NCBI GenBank assembly: GCA_002784045.1
Contig: PFJX01000113.1
Location: forward strand, 2,619 to 66,618
From: Hydrogenophilales bacterium CG_4_10_14_3_um_filter_63_21
Lineage (GTDB): Bacteria > Pseudomonadota > Gammaproteobacteria > Burkholderiales > Thiobacillaceae
Length of the DNA: 64,000 nt
Direction: 5' to 3'
Shown here one piece after another: positions 37,983 through 45,447 of this stretch; position 1 is the first letter of the stretch, and each line of letters opens with the position of its first letter. Both the position numbers and the translations under genes were made by a program. The notes below the pieces were generated by a model that had not been told where the DNA came from, ran no database searches, and saw only the letters and a list, made by a program, of their open reading frames with translations.

Positions 37983-39377
37983 TCAGTAAATCATCGTCAA
38001 TTGCACCCCCACCTTGTCACCCACCCCTTGCAGGTTGGCATTGGCGTTTGTGCAGGGAGCTCCCGCGGCAGTGCACTCGAAGTCACGCATCTCGTAGTTG
38101 ACGGTAACGCGTGTCTTGGGATTGAAGTGGTACTGCATCCCCAGGGTCCACTTGTCGAAGCGGTGCTCGTTCAGGCGCTCCTCAAGGCGGTTCAGGGTGT
38201 CGAAGCGCACATCGAGTTCGAACTTGGTGTTGGGGATGTACCAGCCGCCTTCGACATACCAGCCACTGGCCTTGGCATCGGCGCCATTGCCTTGGGCGGG
38301 AGCCGTAAAGTAGAAGTTGGGTTTGTCCGGGCCGCTCCAGATCATGCCATCCGCCGTGATGTACTCGGCCGTAACGCGGAACGGTTTCTTCATGTACTTC
38401 ACCCCCAGGCCGGCACGATCGCGGTTGTAGGATTTGGCGTTGGCCGTACTGTCAGCGGTGAGATCAAGAAGGCGCTTGCCCCACTGGCTCCAGGCGAAGA
38501 ACTTCAGGCCTGCCACATTGATGCCTTGGCCGCCGTACTTCTTCTCCGCTGACACATATAGGTACTTGTCGTATTCACCATCGCTGTTGTTGAACTGGAC
38601 GCCGTTGCCGTTGCCGATCATCGCCGCGTAGGACAGTTCCCAGTCTTTTCCCACATTGAAGGCATCGAACACCTGCACACCCACATCGCGGAAGGCGCCG
38701 ACCGAACTGTCGAATGTGTTCAGGCTGGCGCCGCCCTGAAGCTGGGCCTCGGTATACGGGCCAACATTGCTGGTGGCCGCGTTGCATGGAGCGGTGACCC
38801 CGGTGCAATCGGTGAACCCCTTGTTCGGGAACCGCTCCAGCAACAGGCCGTTGGTTGCTTCGGTGAAGTTGATGTAGTCGAAGACATGAATTGCCTGCAG
38901 CCCTTCTTCGGCGCCGGGCGTCTTGAACAGGCCGGCACGAATCCGTGCGCCCGGAATGTAATTCAGGGTAACGCTGGCATCGATCAGCTTGGCAAAGGCG
39001 CCGCTGGGGTGGGTGACTCCGTTGTTGCCCATCTCGAGCAACGCGAAATAGTTGATATTGCTGTCGAGCGGGAAGCCGGTGCCGCGGATGCCGATCGTGG
39101 CCCGCGGGATGTTGAAGCCGTCTTGTGTGTCGAGCTCAGGACCAAGCATTTTGGGCGCCACGAATCCCCCCGCGGCATTGGGGTCGCTGAAGTCCTTCTC
39201 ATACTTGGCCTGGACATACCCCCACACATTGGCGCGCGCCGAGGCGCCTGCCGGCTCGGTCCCCTGCAGCATGAGCCAGTTGGCGGCCAGCGCCGAGCCG
39301 GTGGCGCCGGCCAGGGCAAAAGCGTGGACGGCGCCAATCACGGTACGCTTGAACAGTTTCTTGCCTTGCATTTCCAT
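37983..39377 (-). CDS. Outer-membrane beta-barrel porin (family uncertain)
   Basis: 464 aa with a signal peptide ending ALA-ANW, alternating beta-strand pattern and a C-terminal ...GVQLTMIY aromatic end. Confidence 0.7.
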   Translation of the reverse strand: MEMQGKKLFKRTVIGAVHAFALAGATGSALAANWLMLQGTEPAGASARANVWGYVQAKYEKDFSDPNAAGGFVAPKMLGPELDTQDGFNIPRATIGIRGTGFPLDSNINYFALLEMGNNGVTHPSGAFAKLIDASVTLNYIPGARIRAGLFKTPGAEEGLQAIHVFDYINFTEATNGLLLERFPNKGFTDCTGVTAPCNAATSNVGPYTEAQLQGGASLNTFDSSVGAFRDVGVQVFDAFNVGKDWELSYAAMIGNGNGVQFNNSDGEYDKYLYVSAEKKYGGQGINVAGLKFFAWSQWGKRLLDLTADSTANAKSYNRDRAGLGVKYMKKPFRVTAEYITADGMIWSGPDKPNFYFTAPAQGNGADAKASGWYVEGGWYIPNTKFELDVRFDTLNRLEERLNEHRFDKWTLGMQYHFNPKTRVTVNYEMRDFECTAAGAPCTNANANLQGVGDKVGVQLTMIY

Positions 39378-39449
39378 TCCTCCTTGAGCAGATCCAACAG
39401 GATCAAAACAGGGCCGGTTGCCCTGAAAATGGGTAAAGCTATGTATTGA

Positions 39450-39896
39450 TCAGGGTTTGACGTAGATGTAGCCCTGCTTGACCAGCTCGCCGATGCGCAC
39501 GATGCCGCCGGGCACAACCTTGGCGACCGGGTTCAGCTTGGGTTCTTCACCGAGCTGCTTGGTGAAGCCCTTCAGCGTGTTGCCGCAAGCGGCGAAACGC
39601 ACGCCACTCTGAGCAAGAGAATCAAGACGCTGGGCGTTGACGTTGTTGGCGAACATCAGACGCAGGCCGGGGCCATAGGCCACGATCTCGATGTCCACTT
39701 GCCCGGGCGGGTAGGCCTCCAGGAGGTTCGCGGCGTTGTTCAGGATGAGATCCTGCTTGGAAGGATCCAGGTCACTGATGTGCAGGACGTAGTGGTAGTC
39801 CGCCATGCTTTGCTCGGCCGCCAGAACCGATGTGGGGTTGGTGATGGAAAGCAGGGAGATGAAGGCCAGGGCCAGGGTGCGTAGCGAGCAATACAT
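39450..39896 (-). CDS. Secreted DsrE/DsrF-like (COG1416-type) protein, paralogue 1
   Basis: 148 aa, signal peptide. Core YVLHISDLD...IEIVAYGPGLRLM...VRFAACGNTLKG...VVPGGIVRIGELVKQGYIYVKP. Confidence 0.7.
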   Translation of the reverse strand: MYCSLRTLALAFISLLSITNPTSVLAAEQSMADYHYVLHISDLDPSKQDLILNNAANLLEAYPPGQVDIEIVAYGPGLRLMFANNVNAQRLDSLAQSGVRFAACGNTLKGFTKQLGEEPKLNPVAKVVPGGIVRIGELVKQGYIYVKP

Positions 39897-40101
39897 CGAG
39901 AGTCTCCATTGGGTTGTAAATCATGAAATTGCGTCGTTGCTAGAGGCGCCGTAAGCAAGCCGATGGCCTGACGGTTATCGTCAAAGCACAGCATTTCGGG
40001 GGGGCGAGACGAAAGGAAGAAATTCCCCATCGTCTTGATCAATCTCCGGCCGGGACCGGAGGTTTGTCGGTGGTGAAACTGCCTGAGGCTTGAGTGCCAG
40101 C

Positions 40102-40581
40102 TCAGGGTTTCAGGTAGACAAAACCCTCTCTGGCCTGGAGCTTGCCGATTTCGGCGACACCGGAGGGCACCACCTGGGCTTCCAGGATCACGGCGCTGTC
40201 ATCCAGCTTGCGGCCCTTGAGGGTGTTGCGGCACACATCGAAAGTGACGCCGCGGTTCTTCAGGCCTGCCACTTGGGGTTCGTACAGGCCCTTGTCGTCC
40301 TTGGCCTCGTTGAGCAAGAAGTCGATGCCTTTGCCGTGGGTAACCACCACGATCTGGACGCCCGGGCTGGCATCCAGGTGGTTTTCTATATTGCGCAAAG
40401 CCATGCGTGCGACGCTGGCATCGTTGATGTGGTAGACCACTTTTTCCTGGACCGGCGCTTCTTCCACGACCGGCACGGCCGGCTTCATGTGTGTGGCGGC
40501 GGTGGCGGGGACACTGAAGCCCGCGCTTGCGGCGCCCAGTGCGAGGCTGAATAACGTGGCGCGAATCAATGAATGCTGCAT
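40102..40581 (-). CDS. Secreted DsrE/DsrF-like (COG1416-type) protein, paralogue 2
   Basis: 159 aa, signal peptide. Core VVYHINDAS...IVVVTHGKGIDFL...VTFDVCRNTLKG...VVPSGVAEIGKLQAREGFVYLKP. Confidence 0.7.
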   Translation of the reverse strand: MQHSLIRATLFSLALGAASAGFSVPATAATHMKPAVPVVEEAPVQEKVVYHINDASVARMALRNIENHLDASPGVQIVVVTHGKGIDFLLNEAKDDKGLYEPQVAGLKNRGVTFDVCRNTLKGRKLDDSAVILEAQVVPSGVAEIGKLQAREGFVYLKP

Positions 40582-40632
40582 GGTCTACTCCAAAGAGGGT
40601 TATGAGCGGGTGTTGTCAAACACCTTGCGAAT

Positions 40633-40661
40633 AAGACGGGCCGGCCTCTCTGTTTATTCCC
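40633..40661 (-). promoter_or_regulatory. Candidate ECF-type promoter GGGAATAAAC-N13-CGTCTT facing the DsrE-like/porin genes
   Basis: The minus strand reads GGGAATAAAC (40661..40652), 13 nt, CGTCTT (40638..40633). Both boxes are the same words as in the plus-strand copy. Confidence 0.5.
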
Positions 40662-40682
40662 GGATTTATTTTTCTCTTTGCA

Positions 40683-40711
40683 GGGAATAAACCGGGTGCC
40701 AGCTCCGTCTT
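40683..40711 (+). promoter_or_regulatory. Candidate autoregulated ECF-type promoter GGGAATAAAC-N13-CGTCTT facing the sigma factor gene
   Basis: GGGAATAAAC at 40683-40692, 13 nt, CGTCTT at 40706-40711. AGGAGA at 40730-40735 and TTG start at 40741. Confidence 0.5.
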
Positions 40712-40740
40712 GTTAAAACAAGGCCCACCAGGAGAAGCCT

Positions 40741-41286
40741 TTGTTGCCCTTCGTGTTCGATTTCGCCACTCGCCGCCGTCTCGAGGCCATGCGGCCCCGC
40801 TTGTACCGGCTGGCCTACGCTTGGTGCCATGACCCGCATCTGGCCGATGATCTGGCGCAGGATGCGCTGGCCAAGTCGCTCACCCGCATGGCGCAGTTGC
40901 GTGAGGCTCAGGCTCTGGAGGGCTGGCTGTTTTCGATCCTCAACAACTGTTGGCGCGATCATTTGCGTGGAGGCCGCGAGTTCGAGGACATCGCCGAGAT
41001 GGATGAGCTGATTTACTCCGGCGAGCCCGGCCCCGAGCAGCAGGTTTCCCGGCGCCAGACGCGTGACCGGGTGCGCCGCGCCATCGCCTGCCTGCCACTG
41101 GGGCAGCGCCAGGTGCTGACCCTGGTGGACATCGAGGAATGCGCCTATGCGCAAGTGGCCGGAATTCTGGAAATCCCGGTAGGCACGGTGATGAGCCGTC
41201 TCTCACGCGCGCGCCAGGCGTTGCGCGGGCTTCTGGAGAACGAGGATAAACGCGTCACGCAGACGCACCTCAGGAGGGTGAAATGA
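40741..41286 (+). CDS. ECF (group 4) sigma-70 family sigma factor
   Basis: 181 aa. Region 2 (LADDLAQDALAKSL...GWLFSILNNCWRDHLR) and region 4 (LPLGQRQVLTLVDIEECAYAQVAGILEIPVGTVMSRLSRAR). TTG start with a good SD. ATGA overlap with the next gene. Confidence 0.8.
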   Translation: MLPFVFDFATRRRLEAMRPRLYRLAYAWCHDPHLADDLAQDALAKSLTRMAQLREAQALEGWLFSILNNCWRDHLRGGREFEDIAEMDELIYSGEPGPEQQVSRRQTRDRVRRAIACLPLGQRQVLTLVDIEECAYAQVAGILEIPVGTVMSRLSRARQALRGLLENEDKRVTQTHLRRVK

Positions 41287-42014
41287 ACGAGTCAAAAAAC
41301 GAACCGGTTTCGCGCGAGCACATCAACGCTTATCTGGATGGCGAACTGGCCCTCGAGGAGCGCGAACACCTGCTAATTCGGATGGCGAGCGATCCCAACC
41401 TGCGCGCCGAAATTTGCGCCCAACGCACCCTCAAGGAACAGGTTCGCGCCGCTTATGACGACCTGCCGCGCCCCAATGCCAGCGCCACGCACCGCTACCT
41501 CAACGCGGCCTGGCGCCAATCGCTGGCGGCGGGGGTGTTGTTGGTCCTGGGCTTGAGCGGTGGCTGGTTGGCCCATGATCGTCTGGATCAATCGCCGGTA
41601 GTCGAGCGCCTAGCGGGCCTGCCCGCTGGTTTACAGCCGGTTACCCTGAGTGAACGGGTGGATACGCAACGCGTGGTTCTGCATCTCGATAGCAGCGCCC
41701 CAGAGCGCCTTTCCGCTTCACTGGATGTAGCGGAGCGTCTGGCGCGGTCACGCGGCCAGGGCCAGGTGGAGCTGGTGGTCAACAGCTTCGGACTGGACCT
41801 GCTGCGCCAGGATCGCAGCCCCGAGCGGGCGCGCATCGAGCGCCTGGCGGAACGTTATCCCAACCTGGTCTTCGTAGCCTGCGGCCAGACCGTGGCGCGC
41901 CTGCTGCGGGAAGGGCAACCAGTGGTGTTGCTGCCGGAGGCGCGCGTGGCCTCGTCCGCCATCAATGAAATCATGGCGCGACTGCGCCAGGGCTGGGTGT
42001 ACGTGAAAGTTTGA
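41283..42014 (+). CDS. Membrane anti-sigma factor with periplasmic DsrE-like domain
   Basis: 243 aa. N-terminal anti-sigma helix (HINAYLDGELALEEREHLL), one TM (LAAGVLLVLGLSGGWLA), then VVLHLDSS...VELVVNSFGLDLL...LVFVACGQTVAR...RLRQGWVYVKV, which is alignable to the two secreted paralogues. Confidence 0.7.
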   Translation: MNESKNEPVSREHINAYLDGELALEEREHLLIRMASDPNLRAEICAQRTLKEQVRAAYDDLPRPNASATHRYLNAAWRQSLAAGVLLVLGLSGGWLAHDRLDQSPVVERLAGLPAGLQPVTLSERVDTQRVVLHLDSSAPERLSASLDVAERLARSRGQGQVELVVNSFGLDLLRQDRSPERARIERLAERYPNLVFVACGQTVARLLREGQPVVLLPEARVASSAINEIMARLRQGWVYVKV

Positions 42015-42105
42015 ACCTGGATTTCTCGGTTGCACACGCGCACTCGGGCGCGTTTAGCCGCCGTTTCTCAGATCATCGGATGTTTCACGGTAACTGTTTG
42101 AATTG

Positions 42106-42184
<79 letters not shown>

Positions 42185-42256
42185 ACTTGAACTGGCCTCG
42201 GAACCGAGAACAGCGAAACGGACAACAACAAACAACGGGTTGGTTACCCTCTACCA

Positions 42257-42280
42257 CGCACTGCTCAACGCACTGCTCAA
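42257..42280. repeat. 2 x 12-bp perfect tandem repeat (cgcactgctcaa) spanning the ispB stop codon
   Basis: Copies at 42257-42268 and 42269-42280. The minus strand reads ...GAA TTT TGA GCA GTG CGT TGA..., giving two in-frame stops. Confidence 0.9.
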
Positions 42281-43245
42281 AATTCGCGGCTGACCGCGAA
42301 GGCCGACAATTCTAGCAAAGCCGCCTTGTATTGGCTATCCGGAATCGCCGCCAAAGCGTTGCGTGCCAAGGCGGCTTCAGCCTCGGCCTGGCGGCGAGCG
42401 TGGTCGAGGGCGCCGGTGTTCCGCACGATGGTGAGGATTTCATCGAAGTGGCTGGCATCGCCCTGCTTGATGGCGTTGCGGATGCTTTCAGCCTGCTCCG
42501 GAGCGGCGTGCTTCATGGCGAACAGCAAGGGGAGGGTGGGCTTGCCTTCGGCCAGGTCGTCGCCGACGTTCTTGCCGATCACCTCGCTGGTTCCGGAATA
42601 GTCCAGGACATCGTCGATAATCTGGAACGCGGTGCCCAGGTGCATGCCGTAAGCTCCCAGGGCATCTTCCTGCTCTCGCGCGGCGCCCACGATGATGGCG
42701 CCCAGGCGTCCGGCGGCTTCGAACAATTTCGCGGTCTTGTAGCGGATGACGCGCAGATAGGCTGCCTCGTCGACGTCCGGGTCATTGCAATTCATGAGCT
42801 GCAAGACCTCGCCCTCGGCAATGACGTTGGTGGCATCCGAGAGCACTTCCATGACGCGCATGTTGTGCAGTGAAACCATCATCTGAAATGCGCGGGAATA
42901 AAGAAAGTCGCCCACCAGTACGCTGGCCGCGTTGCCAAACAGGGCATTGGCGGTATCCCTGCCGCGGCGCAGGGCGGAGGTGTCCACCACATCATCGTGG
43001 AGCAAGGTTGCGGTATGGATGAACTCCACCACGGCGGCGAGTTCGTGATGTTGCCCGCCGTCATGGCCCATCGCCTTCGCCGAAAGCACCACCAGGGCGG
43101 GCCGCAGGCGTTTGCCGCCACTGTGGATGATGTATTCGGAAACCTGCCGCACCAGCGCGACATCGGAGTGCAAGCGTAAACGGATGACCTGATCGACCTG
43201 GGCCATGTCGGCGCTCAGGAGCGCTTGCAGCGGGGTGGATGACAC
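42277..43245 (-). CDS. ispB: Octaprenyl diphosphate synthase
   Basis: 322 aa with both polyprenyl synthase Asp-rich motifs (LLHDDVVD and QIIDDVLD). Confidence 0.9.
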   Translation of the reverse strand: MSSTPLQALLSADMAQVDQVIRLRLHSDVALVRQVSEYIIHSGGKRLRPALVVLSAKAMGHDGGQHHELAAVVEFIHTATLLHDDVVDTSALRRGRDTANALFGNAASVLVGDFLYSRAFQMMVSLHNMRVMEVLSDATNVIAEGEVLQLMNCNDPDVDEAAYLRVIRYKTAKLFEAAGRLGAIIVGAAREQEDALGAYGMHLGTAFQIIDDVLDYSGTSEVIGKNVGDDLAEGKPTLPLLFAMKHAAPEQAESIRNAIKQGDASHFDEILTIVRNTGALDHARRQAEAEAALARNALAAIPDSQYKAALLELSAFAVSREF

Positions 43246-43292
43246 GATGTGGACGAAGGTCAGGTGAGGGTGGAAGACAAGGGTGCCATGGT

Positions 43293-43368
<76 letters not shown>

Positions 43369-43483
43369 ACACTGGGCGGCGGATTATACATTTCTGGCGG
43401 CAATGCCCAAACCGGCTTCATCCGTTCCGAATTTTCTCGGTTGAACGGGTAATCTCTCCTGACGGGAAACAACCGGCCACACC

Positions 43484-43570
43484 GTAGGAGCGGACCGTGT
43501 CCGCGACCTTTTGCGTGGACTCCCCACCATTCGCCTGTTCGGGGCGATCGCGGACTCGGTCCACTCCTAT
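43484..43570. repeat. GTAG-headed REP doublet
   Basis: gtaggagcggaccgtgtccgcga (43484-43506) versus tcgcggactcggtccactcctat (43548-43570). They are inverted with a few mismatches, and each unit is itself a hairpin. Confidence 0.7.
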
Positions 43571-43716
43571 GTGCGCCTACGGGACTGCCATGTTGTTTCA
43601 CGTTGAAATGGAAGGATCTCCGCTGCGCGCTCTTCTGTACAGAATAGGTGCTTGAAATAAAAGAGGAAAACTGATATATAAGCAAACTCTAATATTTCTT
43701 CATAAGAGGAGCGGCT

Positions 43717-44043
43717 ATGTTTGGCATGGTCAACATCAAGGAACTGGACGTCGATGCCCTCGACGCCAACAAGGCACAAATCCACCTGATCGACGTGCGC
43801 ACGGAAGGTGAGGTGTCGCGTGGCGTCATCGACGGGGCCATCCACATTCCGTTGCACCTGCTGCCGTTGCGCGCGACGGAAATTCCGCAGGACAAGCCGG
43901 TGGTGATCTACTGCAATTCGGGTGCCCGTTCCGCGCAAGCCTGTGCCTTCATGGCCGCCAAGGGCTTCCAAAATATGCACAATCTGTCGGGTGGCATCAT
44001 GGCCTGGGCGCGTTCCGGCAAGCCGCTCGCGGCCTTGTCCTGA
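43717..44043 (+). CDS. Single-domain rhodanese sulfurtransferase
   Basis: 108 aa with active-site loop CNSGARS. First gene of a rhd-tusA-dsrE2 arrangement. Confidence 0.8.
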   Translation: MFGMVNIKELDVDALDANKAQIHLIDVRTEGEVSRGVIDGAIHIPLHLLPLRATEIPQDKPVVIYCNSGARSAQACAFMAAKGFQNMHNLSGGIMAWARSGKPLAALS

Positions 44044-44154
44044 GCGCCTTGGGAGGGCTTGATCCAGGCCCTGGCCTCGCGTTGCAATCTCCCCACAAGC
44101 GGTATAAATTACCCCGGCTTTTTTAGCACTTGTTAATTTTCTGAAGGAACACCC

Positions 44155-44382
44155 ATGAACTTCGACAAAGAACTCGACGCCAAAGGGCTGAACTGCCCTC
44201 TGCCCATCCTTCGCTGCAAGAAGGCCCTGAACGATATGACCTCCGGCCAGATCCTGCGCGTGATCGCCACTGACCCGGGTTCCGTCAAGGACTTCGCCGC
44301 CTTTGCCAAACAGACCGGCAACGAACTCCTTACCTCCGCCGAAGCGGGTGGCGAGTACACCTTCTTCATCAAGAGGAAGTAA
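44155..44382 (+). CDS. tusA: TusA-family sulfur carrier
   Basis: 75 aa with the LDAKGLNCPLPILRCKKAL CPxP motif. Confidence 0.85.
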   Translation: MNFDKELDAKGLNCPLPILRCKKALNDMTSGQILRVIATDPGSVKDFAAFAKQTGNELLTSAEAGGEYTFFIKRK

Positions 44383-44418
44383 GCACTTCTTTCCAACAAT
44401 CGCGTTTCGAGAGGTGGT

Positions 44419-44934
44419 GTGATGGACGATACAAAGAAGCTGGCGATCATTGCGACCAAGGGCACGCTGGACTGGGCTTACCCCCCGTTCATTCTGGCGT
44501 CCACGGCCGCCGCCCTGGGTTATGAAACCCAGATTTTCTTCACCTTCTACGGCCTGCAGATGCTGCGCAAAGATCTGAGCTGCCTGAAGGTCAGCCCCCT
44601 GGGCAACCCGGGTATGCCCATGAAGATGCCGTTCGGACCGAAGTGGTTCAAGGACATCAACTGGAACATCCCCAACGCCGTGCAATCGCTGATTCCGGGC
44701 TACGAATCCCTGGCCACCACCCTGATGAAGCAAACCATCAAGAACAACGGCGTGGCAACCATCCCTGAACTGCGTGAGCTGTGCCAGGAAGCCGAAGTCA
44801 AGTTCATCGCCTGCCAGATGACGGTCGAATTGTTTGGCTTCGAACACAGCGACTTTATCGACGGCATCGAATACGGCGGCGCCGCCACCTTCTTCGAATT
44901 CGCCGGCGAGACGGACATCTGTCTGTTCATTTAA
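44419..44934 (+). CDS. dsrE2: DsrE2-like (DsrE/DsrF family) protein
   Basis: 171 aa. KLAIIATKGTLDWAYPPFILASTAAALG...FIACQMTV... follows tusA, as in described rhd-tusA-dsrE2 clusters. Confidence 0.75.
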   Translation: MMDDTKKLAIIATKGTLDWAYPPFILASTAAALGYETQIFFTFYGLQMLRKDLSCLKVSPLGNPGMPMKMPFGPKWFKDINWNIPNAVQSLIPGYESLATTLMKQTIKNNGVATIPELRELCQEAEVKFIACQMTVELFGFEHSDFIDGIEYGGAATFFEFAGETDICLFI

Positions 44935-44952
44935 GGCTGGTTAACAAGTATC

Positions 44953-44984
44953 AAAAAAGCCGCCCTAGGGCGGCTTTTTTATTT
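44953..44984 (+). terminator. Rho-independent terminator after dsrE2
   Basis: aaaaaagccgccc-ta-gggcggctttttt followed by attt. Confidence 0.8.
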
Positions 44985-44987
44985 ATA

Positions 44988-45230
44988 TCAATCGGTTACC
45001 GTGAAAATCGCCAACGACCCGTGCGGGGCGCTCCTGTAACTGGCCCTTCCAGTCGATGTTCTGGTTGGGAGGTATGTCGAATATTGCGCCAACTCGGCCA
45101 AGGCCTTATCGCCCTTGAGCGCTGCCATCGCCACTTGCGCCTTGGCTGCTGGCGAGTGGTTGCGTCGTTTCCCTTCTGCTCTTGCTCCTTTCTGGGCCTC
45201 ATACATGGCGCAGTGCGGCAAGGCTATCAC
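44988..45230 (-). pseudogene. IS3-family transposase OrfA remnant (frameshifted and truncated)
   Basis: KRRNHSPAAKAQVAMAALKGDKALAELAQ matches the conserved IS3 OrfA N-terminus. The continuation FDIPPNQNIDWKGQLQERPARV is readable only in another frame. There is no OrfB and no terminal repeats. Confidence 0.6.
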
Positions 45231-45314
45231 TTAGCGGGCTGTCCGAATTTCCGTGGCCCTCTGTATGGCGTTTAGATGGGGAGTCTGGACGCTTACGGTT
45301 GAGCGGTAGGTGGT

Positions 45315-45364
45315 ATTCAACAATTCAACATTGTTCTTGACAACGAAAACTATAGGTATAAAAA
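45315..45364 (+). promoter_or_regulatory. Candidate promoter of the molybdoenzyme block
   Basis: AT-rich junction: 2 x 8-bp direct repeat attcaaca (45315-45330), TTGACA (45337-45342), 16 nt, TAAAAA (45359-45364). The -10 is weak. Confidence 0.3.
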
Positions 45365-45447
45365 GAGATTCATGTCTTTCTACCAAGCGTTTGTTTGAAT
45401 ACTTGATTGTGAGGCACTTTTTTTGTCCTTAACACGAGGAGAAACAA

